NCBI GenBank assembly: GCA_947486575.1
Contig: CANKUB010000011.1
Location: 4,030-68,029 of the forward strand
Origin: Betaproteobacteria bacterium
GTDB taxonomy: Bacteria > Pseudomonadota > Gammaproteobacteria > Burkholderiales > SG8-41
Direction: 5' to 3'
DNA: 64,000 nucleotides
Part shown: positions 45,668 to 55,639 of the stretch, piece by piece
How positions within the stretch are numbered: position 1 is the first letter of the stretch
How the letters are laid out: every line of letters starts with the position of its first letter
Notes under the pieces: model-generated
What the model was told of the DNA's origin: nothing
What the model saw: only the letters and a program-made list of their open reading frames with translations
The model's database searches: none
Translations under genes and position numbers: made by a program

Positions 45668-48436
45668 TTATTGACGTATTGCGTAAAGCGCCATGTGGGC
45701 GTGCTGCTGGTCGGACAGGGCAAGATCGATCATTTCAAAACCGCTGGCGCGCACAAGCTTGATGATTCGCTCGCGGCTGAAATTGTGACAGCGTTCCATT
45801 TGTGACCAATACGGGTTGGCGTTGGCAGCATCCATGGCTTTCCAGCTTGAGGACATGAGGTCAGGCATGCCTATGACCATCAGGCCACCGGGTCGCAGCA
45901 CTTGCGCCGCTTTGCGTAAAGCTTCCAGCGGATACGGAATATGGTCCAGAACATCCATCAGGGACAGCACATCGACCACGATTTTGAATTGCAGGGTTAT
46001 AAAATCGTGCTGCATCGCATTGAAACCCAATGCCTGAACGTTCTTAACCGCATCAAGTCGTGTGTCCAGTCCGACAGCGGCAAAGCCATAATCTGCGGCG
46101 GTCATGACTAATGCACCGTCGCCGCATCCGGCATCCACCCAGACCGGTCGGCTGGGCTGGTTGATAAAGTTCGGGTAGCCACCAAGGTGAGTGACTGCTT
46201 TTCCCACCACCTTAGTCCATGTCGCCCGCCTCGCACCGTAAATACCATTGGCGTCCGCAATCGATCTTGCACTGGCGTCGCGGAATACTTCGGTCAAACC
46301 GGCTGGCGTCCAGTAATGACGTTTATATACGTGATCGCACGACGCGCACCGCATCCATTCGGCGGAAAGCGGCAAAGGTGTGTGCCACAAATCCTGTTTA
46401 GAACAATCTGCGAAACCTAACGTCGCGCTGGCACCGTCGCACAGGGGGCAGGCTGCGAAGGCGGCCTGCCATTCTGGCGCAGGTTCCGCAATGATGGCAT
46501 CGGCCTTCGGTGCGTCAGCCGGGGGCCGCACTACCGACCCGCAGTCGGGTACGTCGATAGGTCCATGTGGTGCGCCGCTGTCATGCCGCTGCACCATTAA
46601 CTCGATCGCCGTTTCAAAATTCTGGGTAAACCGCAAGGTATCGAACAGCGGTGCTGTTGTGCGGTTCGCCGCAATTTTATTTCGCAGCGCCAGTCGATAG
46701 TCTGTTTCAGTGCCCATGCGTTTTGCGATACGCACCATATCGTCATGGTTTGCGCCAACCAGCTCCGGCAAATCAATCGCATTCAGCAGACTTTCGCTGA
46801 CGCGCGAGGGAAAATGCCCGCCTCGGCAGGTAATTACAGGAATGCCTGCCCATAGCGCATCCGACGTAGTGGTATGTCCATTGCAGGTCAGCGTATCAAG
46901 GACCGCGTCGGCAAGCTGCAAGCGCGCCAGATGTGCCTGCGGGGCGGCAAACGGTGCGAAGATCAGTCTATCCGGCGCAATTCCGGCTAGCTGTGCGTAA
47001 CGCGACAGATTCTCAACAGCAGCCGGGCTTTGACCCAACATCCAAAGTACACTGTTTGGCACCTCATTCAAAATGCGCATCCAGACGGCAAAACTGGTGC
47101 GATCAACCTTGTAAGACTGGTTGAAGGCACCGAATATGAACTTGTCGTCCGGGAGTCCGTGCAAGGCGCGAGTACCGGGATACGCTGCAAGAAAGCGCCT
47201 GCTGTCGTTGCACTGGTAGGTGTGGGGCAGGCGACAGAATGCCTCGGTGTAAAACGGCGCGCTGCTGTCGGGTGTAACGAACCGGTCCGACACGATGTAG
47301 TCAATGTCAGCGTTCGCCGCACTGCCGGGGTAACCCAGGTAAGCCACTTGCAGCGGCGCGGGCCGGTAGGCCATGATGCCCGGACGACCGCCACCCGTGT
47401 AAAGCTTCAAATCAAACAGAATGTCCAGTTGATCTTCCGCGATGCGGGCGGCAGCCTGCCTGTCGCTCAGCGAGTGGATTTCAACGTGATGTTCGACAGC
47501 ATTGAGAAAACGTTGCCGGTAGTCGGAAACATCGAAACTGCTGTAGTCATACGCAAAGACTTCGAAGCGATCCCGATCATGGGATTCAAAAATGCCCGCC
47601 ATCAGATACATGGTTGCATGGTTGCGAAAATCGCATGACACGTAGCCTACACGAATACGTTTTCCCTGGGGCCGGACAGCTTTGGCCTTATGCGGTTCAT
47701 TACGTGGTTCAACTTGCGGCACCATACGTTTTACATAATCGCGGGTCACGCCCAGGTTGTAGGCTTCGTCCATGCACCAAGTCAGGTGCGTCAACGGATA
47801 TTCATGGGGTGCGTCAAAGTTGCCGCGCTCGTACCACGCGCCGATTTTTTGCTGCAGCGATTCAACCCATTCCCACTCGCAGGTGAAGCGTGCCGGCACC
47901 AAGGCAGCCCCGACCAGCGCAGGATCGTCGGGCGATAGCGTGACAATCTTTTTGAAAGCAGCTGAAGATTCTTCATACAAATCAACACTTTGCAGTAGCA
48001 ATGCCGCACGCGAGAGAAGCTGGGGATTGCTACTGACCAGCAGTTGGCGTCGGGCAAATTCAAGCGCCTCACTGTGGCGGTTGGCATTGAAAAGCGTGGT
48101 AATCAGCGCGTCTAATATCACCTCGCTATCCGAGTCTTCACCGAGGGCGGTTTGCAGGCATCTGACGGCTTCATCTGTGTTGCGCTCGGCCGCCAGCAAT
48201 ACTCCCGCCGCCAGCCAGTTGCGTGCGCCGCCACCTTTTGCGCCAGCTTCCTGGAATGCCTCAATGGCTTCGGCCAGACGCCCGGACTGCCGCAATGCCT
48301 CAGCTTTCAGTGCCAGCACCGCAGGGTGCTTGGGCTGTTGCGCCAGCAATTTATCGAGTTTGGGCAAGGCCTTGGCGGCGTACCCGTTGTTAACCTGCTT
48401 AAGCAGCGTAGCCAACTGCTCTGCCTGGATTATCAT
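45668..48436 (-). CDS. Tri-domain enzyme: N-terminal TPR + GT41 (O-GlcNAc-transferase-like) glycosyltransferase + C-terminal class I SAM methyltransferase
   Basis: 922 aa. The TPR-like first ~200 aa are followed by a central region with RIRVGYVSCDFRNHATMYL, LQVAYLGYPGSAANADIDYIV, FGAFNQSYKV and CNGHTTTSDALWAGIPVITCRGGHFPSRVSESLL, which closely resembles the OGT catalytic C-terminus (CNGHTTGMDVLWAGTPMVT). The last ~270 aa have a Cys4 motif and VWVDAGCGDGALVM...LRPGGLMVIGMP. Confidence 0.85.
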   Translation of the reverse strand: MIIQAEQLATLLKQVNNGYAAKALPKLDKLLAQQPKHPAVLALKAEALRQSGRLAEAIEAFQEAGAKGGGARNWLAAGVLLAAERNTDEAVRCLQTALGEDSDSEVILDALITTLFNANRHSEALEFARRQLLVSSNPQLLSRAALLLQSVDLYEESSAAFKKIVTLSPDDPALVGAALVPARFTCEWEWVESLQQKIGAWYERGNFDAPHEYPLTHLTWCMDEAYNLGVTRDYVKRMVPQVEPRNEPHKAKAVRPQGKRIRVGYVSCDFRNHATMYLMAGIFESHDRDRFEVFAYDYSSFDVSDYRQRFLNAVEHHVEIHSLSDRQAAARIAEDQLDILFDLKLYTGGGRPGIMAYRPAPLQVAYLGYPGSAANADIDYIVSDRFVTPDSSAPFYTEAFCRLPHTYQCNDSRRFLAAYPGTRALHGLPDDKFIFGAFNQSYKVDRTSFAVWMRILNEVPNSVLWMLGQSPAAVENLSRYAQLAGIAPDRLIFAPFAAPQAHLARLQLADAVLDTLTCNGHTTTSDALWAGIPVITCRGGHFPSRVSESLLNAIDLPELVGANHDDMVRIAKRMGTETDYRLALRNKIAANRTTAPLFDTLRFTQNFETAIELMVQRHDSGAPHGPIDVPDCGSVVRPPADAPKADAIIAEPAPEWQAAFAACPLCDGASATLGFADCSKQDLWHTPLPLSAEWMRCASCDHVYKRHYWTPAGLTEVFRDASARSIADANGIYGARRATWTKVVGKAVTHLGGYPNFINQPSRPVWVDAGCGDGALVMTAADYGFAAVGLDTRLDAVKNVQALGFNAMQHDFITLQFKIVVDVLSLMDVLDHIPYPLEALRKAAQVLRPGGLMVIGMPDLMSSSWKAMDAANANPYWSQMERCHNFSRERIIKLVRASGFEMIDLALSDQQHAHMALYAIRQ

Positions 48437-48822
48437 AAGACTCCAATTTATCAGTGGTATTCACTATGTCGCGGCACATAGCGGCTTTAGGCTGGAAAAG
48501 CGAAGCGCGTGCTACGATGACCTTTGCAAAATGAATACGCAATATTTTCATCGAATCATTTGATTTGAATCTGCAAAATAGGCGGTAGAAACCCCGTCTG
48601 TAGACTAAATTGCCACCTAAATTCTAGATCGAGTAAGCAGAATTTAAGTAGGTCAACCTTTCAAGCAGAGATTGCTATGGAAGGTATCGTGTGAAAGGCC
48701 CATGCCCTTGCAGGCATTGGAGACATTGCCAGACTTGGTCGCTAGATTGAGCCGGTCGAGCTTGCGCAAGCGCCGCACGCCAAATGCAGATTTGCCTTGT
48801 ATGCGCGTTGAATTGCGTTGCG

Positions 48823-49212
48823 CTAAATCCCCAAATACCCATTCGCGCGGTATAACGTATTCGCGCGATGATCACCGCCGCGCAGCAGACGCAGGCGGCT
48901 TTCGCAGGCGGTGCGGTGCATGGCCAGCATGGTGGCATTGATGGCGTTAAGGCGTTGCGCACGACGGGCCAGCGCGGGCACTTCCGGCTCAATTGCGCTG
49001 GCGCTGTCGGTAGCATAGTGGGTGCCGCCGCACAGCACGTGCAGATCGTTGACGAGCACCTGCTTTGCTGCAGCGATGGCTTCCAGCACTTCGACTTGCG
49101 GATTGCCCAATGCTTGCCGTTCATGCTCCAGCAGCGCGATAAAGGTGGTGAGCGCCTGGTGCTTAGGCCCCGGTTTCAAAGCAGCGGTCGCCTGCGGTGT
49201 GAGGTCATGCAT
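48823..49212 (-). CDS. flgN: Flagellar chaperone FlgN
   Basis: 129 aa following flgM with an 8-nt overlap: LTTFIALLEHERQALGNPQVEVLEAIAAAKQVLVNDL. Confidence 0.8.
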   Translation of the reverse strand: MHDLTPQATAALKPGPKHQALTTFIALLEHERQALGNPQVEVLEAIAAAKQVLVNDLHVLCGGTHYATDSASAIEPEVPALARRAQRLNAINATMLAMHRTACESRLRLLRGGDHRANTLYRANGYLGI

Positions 49213-49516
49213 ACTGGCGACCCATCAATTCGCCGATGCTCTGGATCACTTTGTCGGCGACGGCTTCTGCATTAACCTTGTAGCTGCCGTCGCGTATGGC
49301 GGCCTTGATTTGCTCTACACGCGTGGCATCGAATTCGGGTTCGCGGCTCAGTTTGGTCTCCAGTTGATGTATTTGCGTGGATAAATCCGATAGCCGGATT
49401 GATCCGCTGCCCTCGTCCGCAGTGGCCGTGCCGGCTTTGGCGGAAGCGCTGGATGCCGCAGGAGTGGCCTGCGTTAACGGGGCATTAATTTTATATAAGT
49501 TATTGATTACATTCAT
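49205..49516 (-). CDS. flgM: Anti-sigma-28 factor FlgM
   Basis: 103 aa with C-terminal DATRVEQIKAAIRDGSYKVNAEAVADKVI. Confidence 0.9.
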   Translation of the reverse strand: MNVINNLYKINAPLTQATPAASSASAKAGTATADEGSGSIRLSDLSTQIHQLETKLSREPEFDATRVEQIKAAIRDGSYKVNAEAVADKVIQSIGELMGRQYA

Positions 49517-49590
49517 AATATTCTCCTTGGCCCAAGACGGTTGCGAATGCTGCTAGCGGGCACCGTTACTGCTGATCGTACACATACTGC

Positions 49591-49617
49591 TTTTCGGCAG
49601 TGTTTTCGCAAACTTTA
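49591..49617 (-). promoter_or_regulatory. Sigma-28 promoter of flgMN
   Basis: The minus strand reads TAAAGTTT-N11-GCCGAAAA, about 75 nt upstream of the flgM ATG. Confidence 0.7.
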
Positions 49618-49657
49618 GGGCTGTCATGATTTAAAGGATTTAAAGCGGTTAAAACGG

Positions 49658-50413
49658 TTAGAGACGCACTTCCACAATTTTTCCTGCGCGGGCTACCCCG
49701 CTCATGGTGCGTCCCGAGTCGGCCTGCACGCGCACCATTTGACCGTCTGCGCCCGCCGACAACGCCTTGCCGTAGCTGGATACCGCGAAGCCTGCCCCGC
49801 TGGCGATCAGTTTTACCATGTCGCCTATTACAACAACCGGCCGCGCGCGCAGATGTTCGCGGCGCAGTGCCTGACCCTGCGCAATGTTGCGTGACAGAAT
49901 GGTGTCGCCAATTTGCGCGAGATCAGTGAGCACGCCGGGCGCTTCACGCGTTAATTCGATTTCCTGCAACGTCAGGCCATCCTCACCCGGGGTTTCGCCA
50001 GCCGCCAGTGCGCGCGCCGCTACCAGCCCCAGGCCATAAACTTTTATTTGCACCGGTATCAGCACGCTCCAACCCGTGCCGCCGCCTGATGCGCCGTCCT
50101 GGCAACGCACGCCGAGCATGGTGCGCCCCCACAGGCGCGCGCCCGCAGGCATGAAAGGTGTCATATTGGTACAGGGTGCGAGCCGCAAGCGATCGTCCAT
50201 TGCGCCGATCACCACTTCCACACGGCCTGGCAATCCGGTGGTTTCAGCGTCCAGATACAGCTTGAGCAGTCTGGAGGGGTCTTGCGGCTGTGCTGCGGGT
50301 GCAGTGGGTGCGGTGCGCGCCACAGGCGGGATATTTTGTCCGTGAGTTTGTCCGTGACTGTCGGTGATAAACCACATCGCCACTGCCAGTATTACTACGA
50401 AGCGAGCTTCCAT
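49658..50413 (-). CDS. flgA: Flagellar P-ring assembly chaperone FlgA
   Basis: 251 aa with a signal peptide and a C-terminal SAF-like region (GDMVKLIASGAGFAVSSYGKALSAGADGQMVRVQ). It is divergent from flgB. Confidence 0.85.
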   Translation of the reverse strand: MEARFVVILAVAMWFITDSHGQTHGQNIPPVARTAPTAPAAQPQDPSRLLKLYLDAETTGLPGRVEVVIGAMDDRLRLAPCTNMTPFMPAGARLWGRTMLGVRCQDGASGGGTGWSVLIPVQIKVYGLGLVAARALAAGETPGEDGLTLQEIELTREAPGVLTDLAQIGDTILSRNIAQGQALRREHLRARPVVVIGDMVKLIASGAGFAVSSYGKALSAGADGQMVRVQADSGRTMSGVARAGKIVEVRL

Positions 50414-50609
50414 TTACGCCTCCCGATCAAGAAGAATTGGTGGCCAGAATAATCCGCTACGCGCGAGGCAGTCCCCTGAACAACGCGCGGAAATCGCCCC
50501 TTTTCGCACTACTTGCCGTGTGTCGTCTGCGGATAATCCGATGCGTGGCACATCACAACTTCACCGGACGCAAACCGGCACCAATGGGGCAATCGCAGGG
50601 GCAACAGCG

Positions 50610-51002
50610 ATGATAGACCGAATAGAACAGACCCTGCGCTTTCAGAGCGATGCGTTGCAGTTGCGCGCGCAGCGCCAGCAGGTACTGTCCGCGAATATCG
50701 CCAATGCCGACACGCCTGGCTACAAGGCGCTGGACTTCGACTTTGCGCGCGCCATGCGCGACACCCAAAGCGGCGCGCGCGTGACACAGCACATCAGCGC
50801 CCCCGCCCACATGAGGCCGCAGTTTTTGACGGCAACCTCTGCCGAGGAAAGCGATGCCATACAGCCCGCGCAAGACGGCAACACCGTGGACATGGATCGC
50901 GAACGTGCTCGCTTTGCCGACAATGCGGTGCGCTATGAAGCCACACTTAAATTCCTTAACGGCCAGATTCGCACACTCTTGAGTGCCATCCAGGGACAAT
51001 AG
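50610..51002 (+). CDS. flgB: Flagellar proximal rod protein FlgB
   Basis: 130 aa from the ATG at 50610: ...LRAQRQQVLSANIANADTPGYKA... Confidence 0.92.
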   Translation: MIDRIEQTLRFQSDALQLRAQRQQVLSANIANADTPGYKALDFDFARAMRDTQSGARVTQHISAPAHMRPQFLTATSAEESDAIQPAQDGNTVDMDRERARFADNAVRYEATLKFLNGQIRTLLSAIQGQ

Positions 51003-51004
51003 TC

Positions 51005-51409
51005 ATGTCACTCTCACAAATTTTTGATATTGCCGGTTCTGCGGTGTCAGCGCAGAGCCAGCGCCTGAATGCGGTGGCCAGCAATATCGCCAATGCCGAT
51101 ACCGCAGCCGCACCCGGCACGCAGCCGTATCGCGCGAAACAAGTGGTGTTTCAGAGCGTCCCCGTCACCGGCAGCCTGGGCCAGGGCGTGCGCGTCACGC
51201 AGGTTACCGACGACAGCGCACTGCCACGCAGCATCTACGACCCGCGTCATCCCTATGCGGATAGCGAAGGCCACGTCAGCCTGTCAAACGTCAACGTGGT
51301 GGAAGAAATGGTCAACATGATTGCCGCCTCACGCTCTTATCAGAACAACATTGAAGCCATGAACACTGCAAAAAGCCTGATGCTGAAAACGCTGCAACTG
51401 GGTTCCTGA
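51005..51409 (+). CDS. flgC: Flagellar rod protein FlgC
   Basis: 134 aa: RLNAVASNIANADT ... [40 protein letters not shown]. Confidence 0.95.
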   Translation: MSLSQIFDIAGSAVSAQSQRLNAVASNIANADTAAAPGTQPYRAKQVVFQSVPVTGSLGQGVRVTQVTDDSALPRSIYDPRHPYADSEGHVSLSNVNVVEEMVNMIAASRSYQNNIEAMNTAKSLMLKTLQLGS

Positions 51410-51455
51410 TCGACGTGACTACATTAAACGCAATGATTTTTAAGAGGAGGTTTTC

Positions 51456-52133
51456 ATGATTGCATCCCTGGCAACAGCCGCCACCGGCAGCAGTAGCACA
51501 GCCGGCACGGAGTCAACCAACAATCTCAATGAAGCGCAAGACCGCTTCTTGAAGCTTTTGGTAACGCAGATGAAAAATCAGGATCCGATGAATCCGATGG
51601 ATAACGCCGCAGTCACCACGCAAATGGCACAGATCAGCACTGTGAGCGGCATCGCCCAATTGAATGACACGCTCAAATCACTGCTCGGTCAAGGCTCTGG
51701 CGCGCAAGCCCTGCAAGGCGCAGCGCTGGCCGGGCATCAAGTGCTGGTGCCGGGTAATGCGCTCGAACTGGCCAGTAGCGCGGGAGGCGCCAGCAGTGTG
51801 GCGAGTGCGGGCTTTGAATTGGCGGCGGCGGCAGACCGCGTGACATTGACCGTGCAAGACAGCGCGGGCCGCACGTTAAAACAAAGTGAATTGGGTGCGC
51901 AATCAGCAGGCGTGCACGCGATCACCTGGGATGGCTTGACAACCAGCGGCGAGCGCGCGGCGGATGGCCGCTACACCTTCAAGATCGACGCTGTGGCTGC
52001 GAACAAGGCATTGCCCGTTACAGCGCTGGCTCTGGGCCGTGTCAACGGTGTGTCGCCGGGCGGTAGCGGGCTGCAACTGGATTTGGGCGCGCTGGGGCTG
52101 CGCGCTTACAGCGATGTGAAACGCATTCAATAA
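51456..52133 (+). CDS. flgD: Flagellar hook capping protein FlgD
   Basis: 225 aa: FLKLLVTQMKNQDPMNPMDNAAVTTQMAQIS. Confidence 0.93.
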   Translation: MIASLATAATGSSSTAGTESTNNLNEAQDRFLKLLVTQMKNQDPMNPMDNAAVTTQMAQISTVSGIAQLNDTLKSLLGQGSGAQALQGAALAGHQVLVPGNALELASSAGGASSVASAGFELAAAADRVTLTVQDSAGRTLKQSELGAQSAGVHAITWDGLTTSGERAADGRYTFKIDAVAANKALPVTALALGRVNGVSPGGSGLQLDLGALGLRAYSDVKRIQ

Positions 52134-52145
52134 AAAGGAAGCATC

Positions 52146-53354
52146 ATGAGTTATGCGAACGGATTGAGTGGCATTAGCATTGCCTCAAAGAAAATCGAAA
52201 TCACCAGCAACAATATTGCCAACGCCAACACCGTAGGGTTCAAGGCCGGGCAACTGTATTTTTCGCAGGTGCTGGCAAGCTCGCAGTCGTCATCCAATGG
52301 GGGCAACGTATCATTCGGTGTAGGTTCGCCGCTCGTATTGCCGCAGTTTACGCAGGGCACCCTGAAGTCCACCAACAATCCGCTGGATCTGGCGGTCAAC
52401 GGCGACGGATTCTTCAGGCTGCGCAACGGCGACTCCACCGCCTACACGCGCGACGGCCAGTTCATACTGGACGGAGAAGGTTACGTTGGTACACCCTCGG
52501 GCGCACGGCTGCAGGGTTTTGCCGTGGATATAAGCGGAGCGGTATCCACGGCGATTCCGGTGGATCTGCAGATTGGCAATACCACCATGCCGGCGAAGGC
52601 TACCACCACCGCAAAACTGAACGTGAGTCTGGATTCACGTAAACCCACGGGCGTGCCAGCAGCGTTCGATCTGACCGATTCGTCCACGTACCAAAGCGCA
52701 ACGTCTATCCCGGTGCATGACTCGCTCGGTGGTGAGCATGTGGTATCCGTGTACTACGTAAAGAGCGCCGCCAGCCAATGGGACGTGTTCGTTGCCTCCG
52801 ACGGTATACAGGTTGGCGCTGGTTCGGTCGCCACACTTAACTTCATGCCGGACGGCCAGTTAAATCTGGCAGCCAGCCCGCAACCGGTGGGTCTAACGAT
52901 TCCGTTGACCAACCCATTGACCTTTGATCTTGACCTGACCGGCACTACCGCGCTAAGCAAGAACTTTGCGGTAGTTAATTCCACAGACAATGGCATCGCC
53001 AGCGGCAGCCTTACCGGCTATTCCGTGGACAGCGGCGGATTCATCGTCGGCGCCTTCTCCAATGGCACGTCTCGCCAATTGGCGCAAGTCGCATTGGCCA
53101 CCTTCAATAACACGCAGGGGCTGCGTGCGGTGGGCTCGAACGCGTTCGCTGCAACGGGTGAATCGGGCGCTGCTAGGCTGGGTCAGCCAAACGCAGGCAC
53201 GGCGGGCTCCATTCAGGCCGGCTCGCTGGAGATGTCGAATATCGATCTGACCAGCGAACTTGTCTACATGATCGAAGCGCAGCGCATCTTCCAGGCCAAT
53301 GCGCAGTCGATCAAAGCACAGGACATGATGTTGCAGACGATCACCAACCTGTAA
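52146..53354 (+). CDS. flgE: Flagellar hook protein FlgE
   Basis: 402 aa with N-terminus SNNIANANTVGFK and C-terminus GSLEMSNIDLTSELVYMIEAQRIFQANAQSIKAQDMMLQTI. Confidence 0.95.
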   Translation: MSYANGLSGISIASKKIEITSNNIANANTVGFKAGQLYFSQVLASSQSSSNGGNVSFGVGSPLVLPQFTQGTLKSTNNPLDLAVNGDGFFRLRNGDSTAYTRDGQFILDGEGYVGTPSGARLQGFAVDISGAVSTAIPVDLQIGNTTMPAKATTTAKLNVSLDSRKPTGVPAAFDLTDSSTYQSATSIPVHDSLGGEHVVSVYYVKSAASQWDVFVASDGIQVGAGSVATLNFMPDGQLNLAASPQPVGLTIPLTNPLTFDLDLTGTTALSKNFAVVNSTDNGIASGSLTGYSVDSGGFIVGAFSNGTSRQLAQVALATFNNTQGLRAVGSNAFAATGESGAARLGQPNAGTAGSIQAGSLEMSNIDLTSELVYMIEAQRIFQANAQSIKAQDMMLQTITNL

Positions 53355-53387
53355 CCCGCCGCCCTTTGACCCAATAGCCCCAGCATC

Positions 53388-54131
53388 ATGGATAAACTGA
53401 TCTTCACCGCAATGACCGGCGCGAAGCATACGCAGCAGCGGCAGGATACGCTGGCGCAGAACATCGCGCACGTGTCTACCGCTGGCTATCGCGCAGCGAC
53501 GTACGCGGCGCGCGCGATTCCTGTACCGGGCGCAGGCGCCGCGACACGCGCATTTGCGCTGGAATCCACCACCGGTGCGGATTTATCACCGGGGCCGGTA
53601 CAGCGCACCGGGCGTGAACTGGATGTCGCGGTGGAAGGTAAATCCTGGCTGACGGTACAGGGCCGCGATGGGCGCGAGGCCTACACGCGTTCAGGCTCAA
53701 TACGGGTTGATGACAATGGCGCACTACTGGCGCCCGGCGGATTTCCGCTGATGGGCGACGGTGGCCCATTGGTAATTCCGCCGGAAAGCACCATCAGCAT
53801 CGCACGCGACGGCACCATTTCCGCGATACCGGATAGCGGATCGCAGAGTGCCGTGACCGTCGTGGGGAGAATCAAGCTGGTGACGCTTGAACCCAGGGAT
53901 GCGGTGCGTGGCGATGACGGATTATTTCGTACCGCGAATGGCAATCCGGCGCCTGCGGATGAACGTGGCACGTTGATTTCGGGTGCGCTGGAAGGCTCTA
54001 ACGTCAATCCTGCTGAAGCGATGGTCGCGATGATCGGCGTATCGCGTGACTTCGAATTACAAATGCGCTTGTTGACCACGGCTGAAAACAATGCCCGCTC
54101 TGCCGCGCAATTATTATCCGTAACCAATTGA
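53388..54131 (+). CDS. flgF: Flagellar rod protein FlgF
   Basis: 247 aa: MDKLIFTAMTGAKHTQQRQDTLAQNIAHVSTAGYR ... GALEGSNVNPAEAMVAMIGVSRDFE. Confidence 0.93.
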   Translation: MDKLIFTAMTGAKHTQQRQDTLAQNIAHVSTAGYRAATYAARAIPVPGAGAATRAFALESTTGADLSPGPVQRTGRELDVAVEGKSWLTVQGRDGREAYTRSGSIRVDDNGALLAPGGFPLMGDGGPLVIPPESTISIARDGTISAIPDSGSQSAVTVVGRIKLVTLEPRDAVRGDDGLFRTANGNPAPADERGTLISGALEGSNVNPAEAMVAMIGVSRDFELQMRLLTTAENNARSAAQLLSVTN

Positions 54132-54159
54132 TTTTATTGAATAAACAGGATTCAATGTG

Positions 54160-54939
54160 ATGCGATCTCTGTGGATAGCCAAAACCGGACTGGACGCCCA
54201 GCAGACCCAGCTCGACGTGGTGTCGAACAATCTGGCGAATGTCAGCACCAACGGCTTCAAGCGTTCGCGCGCGGTGTTCGAGGATTTGCTGTATCAAACG
54301 CTACGTCAACCGGGCGCGCAGTCGTCACAACAAACGCAGGTGCCGGAAGGTTTGCAGGTGGGCACCGGCGTGCGCATGATTGCCACCGCACGCTTGCATA
54401 CGCAGGGCAACTTGCAGCAGACCGGCAACCAGTTTGATCTGGCCATCAACGGCGCGGGCTTTCTGCATATACAAATGCCCGATGGCACTGCGGCTTATAC
54501 CCGTGATGGCTCCCTGCACATGGATGCACAAGGGCAGTTGGTGACCTCCAACGGTTATGCAATATCGCCAGCGATCACGATTCCGGCGAACGCACTGTCC
54601 GTGACGATAGCGCCGGACGGTACCGTTTCAGCGACACTGCAAGGCACGGCCGCACCGGTGCAAGTCGGCAGCATTCAACTATCGAATTTCATTAATGCGG
54701 CGGGCCTGCGCGCGCTCGGACAGAATCATTACGCCGAAACTGCCGCCAGCGGAACCGCAACCACGGGTGCGCCCGGTATCAGTGGCCTCGGCGTCATCAG
54801 TCAAGGCTACGTGGAAACCTCCAATGTCAACGTAGTGGAAGAAATGGTCAACATGATACAGACGCAGCGTGCCTACGAAATTAACTCCAAGGCGATACAG
54901 GCTGCGGATCAGATGTTGCAAAAGCTGTCGCAGGTGTAA
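54160..54939 (+). CDS. flgG: Flagellar distal rod protein FlgG
   Basis: [47 protein letters not shown] ... [40 protein letters not shown]. The ORF track starts one codon earlier at GTG 54157. Confidence 0.96.
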   Translation: MRSLWIAKTGLDAQQTQLDVVSNNLANVSTNGFKRSRAVFEDLLYQTLRQPGAQSSQQTQVPEGLQVGTGVRMIATARLHTQGNLQQTGNQFDLAINGAGFLHIQMPDGTAAYTRDGSLHMDAQGQLVTSNGYAISPAITIPANALSVTIAPDGTVSATLQGTAAPVQVGSIQLSNFINAAGLRALGQNHYAETAASGTATTGAPGISGLGVISQGYVETSNVNVVEEMVNMIQTQRAYEINSKAIQAADQMLQKLSQV

Positions 54940-54946
54940 CGTGAAA

Positions 54947-55633
54947 ATGACATTGATCATGAAGCAGTATTTCTATTTTTTGCTGGCGATCGCGTCAGCC
55001 CTGCTCGGCGGTTGCGCCGGCTTTGATAACAAGGTGAAGATCGCCGAGCCCACCACCATGCGTCCCAAACCGCAGGTGACAGCGCCTGCGGTGACCGGCG
55101 GCATTTATCACGCCACCAGCTATCGCCCGCTATTTGAGGACCGACGTGCGCGCTTCGTCGGCGATACTCTGATCATCGTGATCAACGAAAAAACCAGTGC
55201 ATCGAATCAGATTTCCAACAGCAACAGTCGCAGCGCCAGCACCAGCTTTGGCATCCCTACCATTGCCGGTTTGCCCGGCAAGGGATTGCAAGGCACATCT
55301 CTCGCCGCCAACGCGGACAGCAAGGCTGAGGATGCCAATGCGGCCAAAAACGACAATCTGTTTACCGGCTCGGTCAGTGTCACAGTGATCGAAGTGCTCG
55401 CCAATGGCAATCTGCTGGTAGCTGGTGAAAAGCAGGTGGGCGTGAACGGCGACACGGATACCTTGCGTTTTTCCGGCGTAGTCACGCCGTCGACGATACA
55501 GCCGGGCAATACAGTCACATCCACACAAATTGCCGATGCACGCATTGAAACGATCTCGCGCGCAAGTATTGATGGCGCACGCGTCGCGGGATTTCTCGCA
55601 CGGTTTTTTCTGTCCTTCATCCCCTTCCGGTAA
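54947..55633 (+). CDS. flgH: Flagellar L-ring lipoprotein FlgH
   Basis: Lipobox LLGGCAG, then LFEDRRARFVGDTLIIVINEKTSAS. The start was chosen just after the flgG stop (GTG 54941 is also possible). Confidence 0.92.
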   Translation: MTLIMKQYFYFLLAIASALLGGCAGFDNKVKIAEPTTMRPKPQVTAPAVTGGIYHATSYRPLFEDRRARFVGDTLIIVINEKTSASNQISNSNSRSASTSFGIPTIAGLPGKGLQGTSLAANADSKAEDANAAKNDNLFTGSVSVTVIEVLANGNLLVAGEKQVGVNGDTDTLRFSGVVTPSTIQPGNTVTSTQIADARIETISRASIDGARVAGFLARFFLSFIPFR

Positions 55634-55639
55634 TTCGCC

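Noticed and set aside
48437-48822. A FliA-type promoter for the GT41-methyltransferase gene in the 386-bp spacer after flgN
   Set aside because: The closest candidate (TAAAGCCG at about 48480 on the minus strand) lacks a GCCGATAA-like -10 at the correct spacing. The promoter remains unidentified.
50546-50561. TGGCAC upstream of flgB as a sigma-54 promoter
   Set aside because: The -12 element is absent (TGGCAC-atcac-AACT instead of TTGC). With flhDC present, a class II FlhDC-dependent promoter is more likely.
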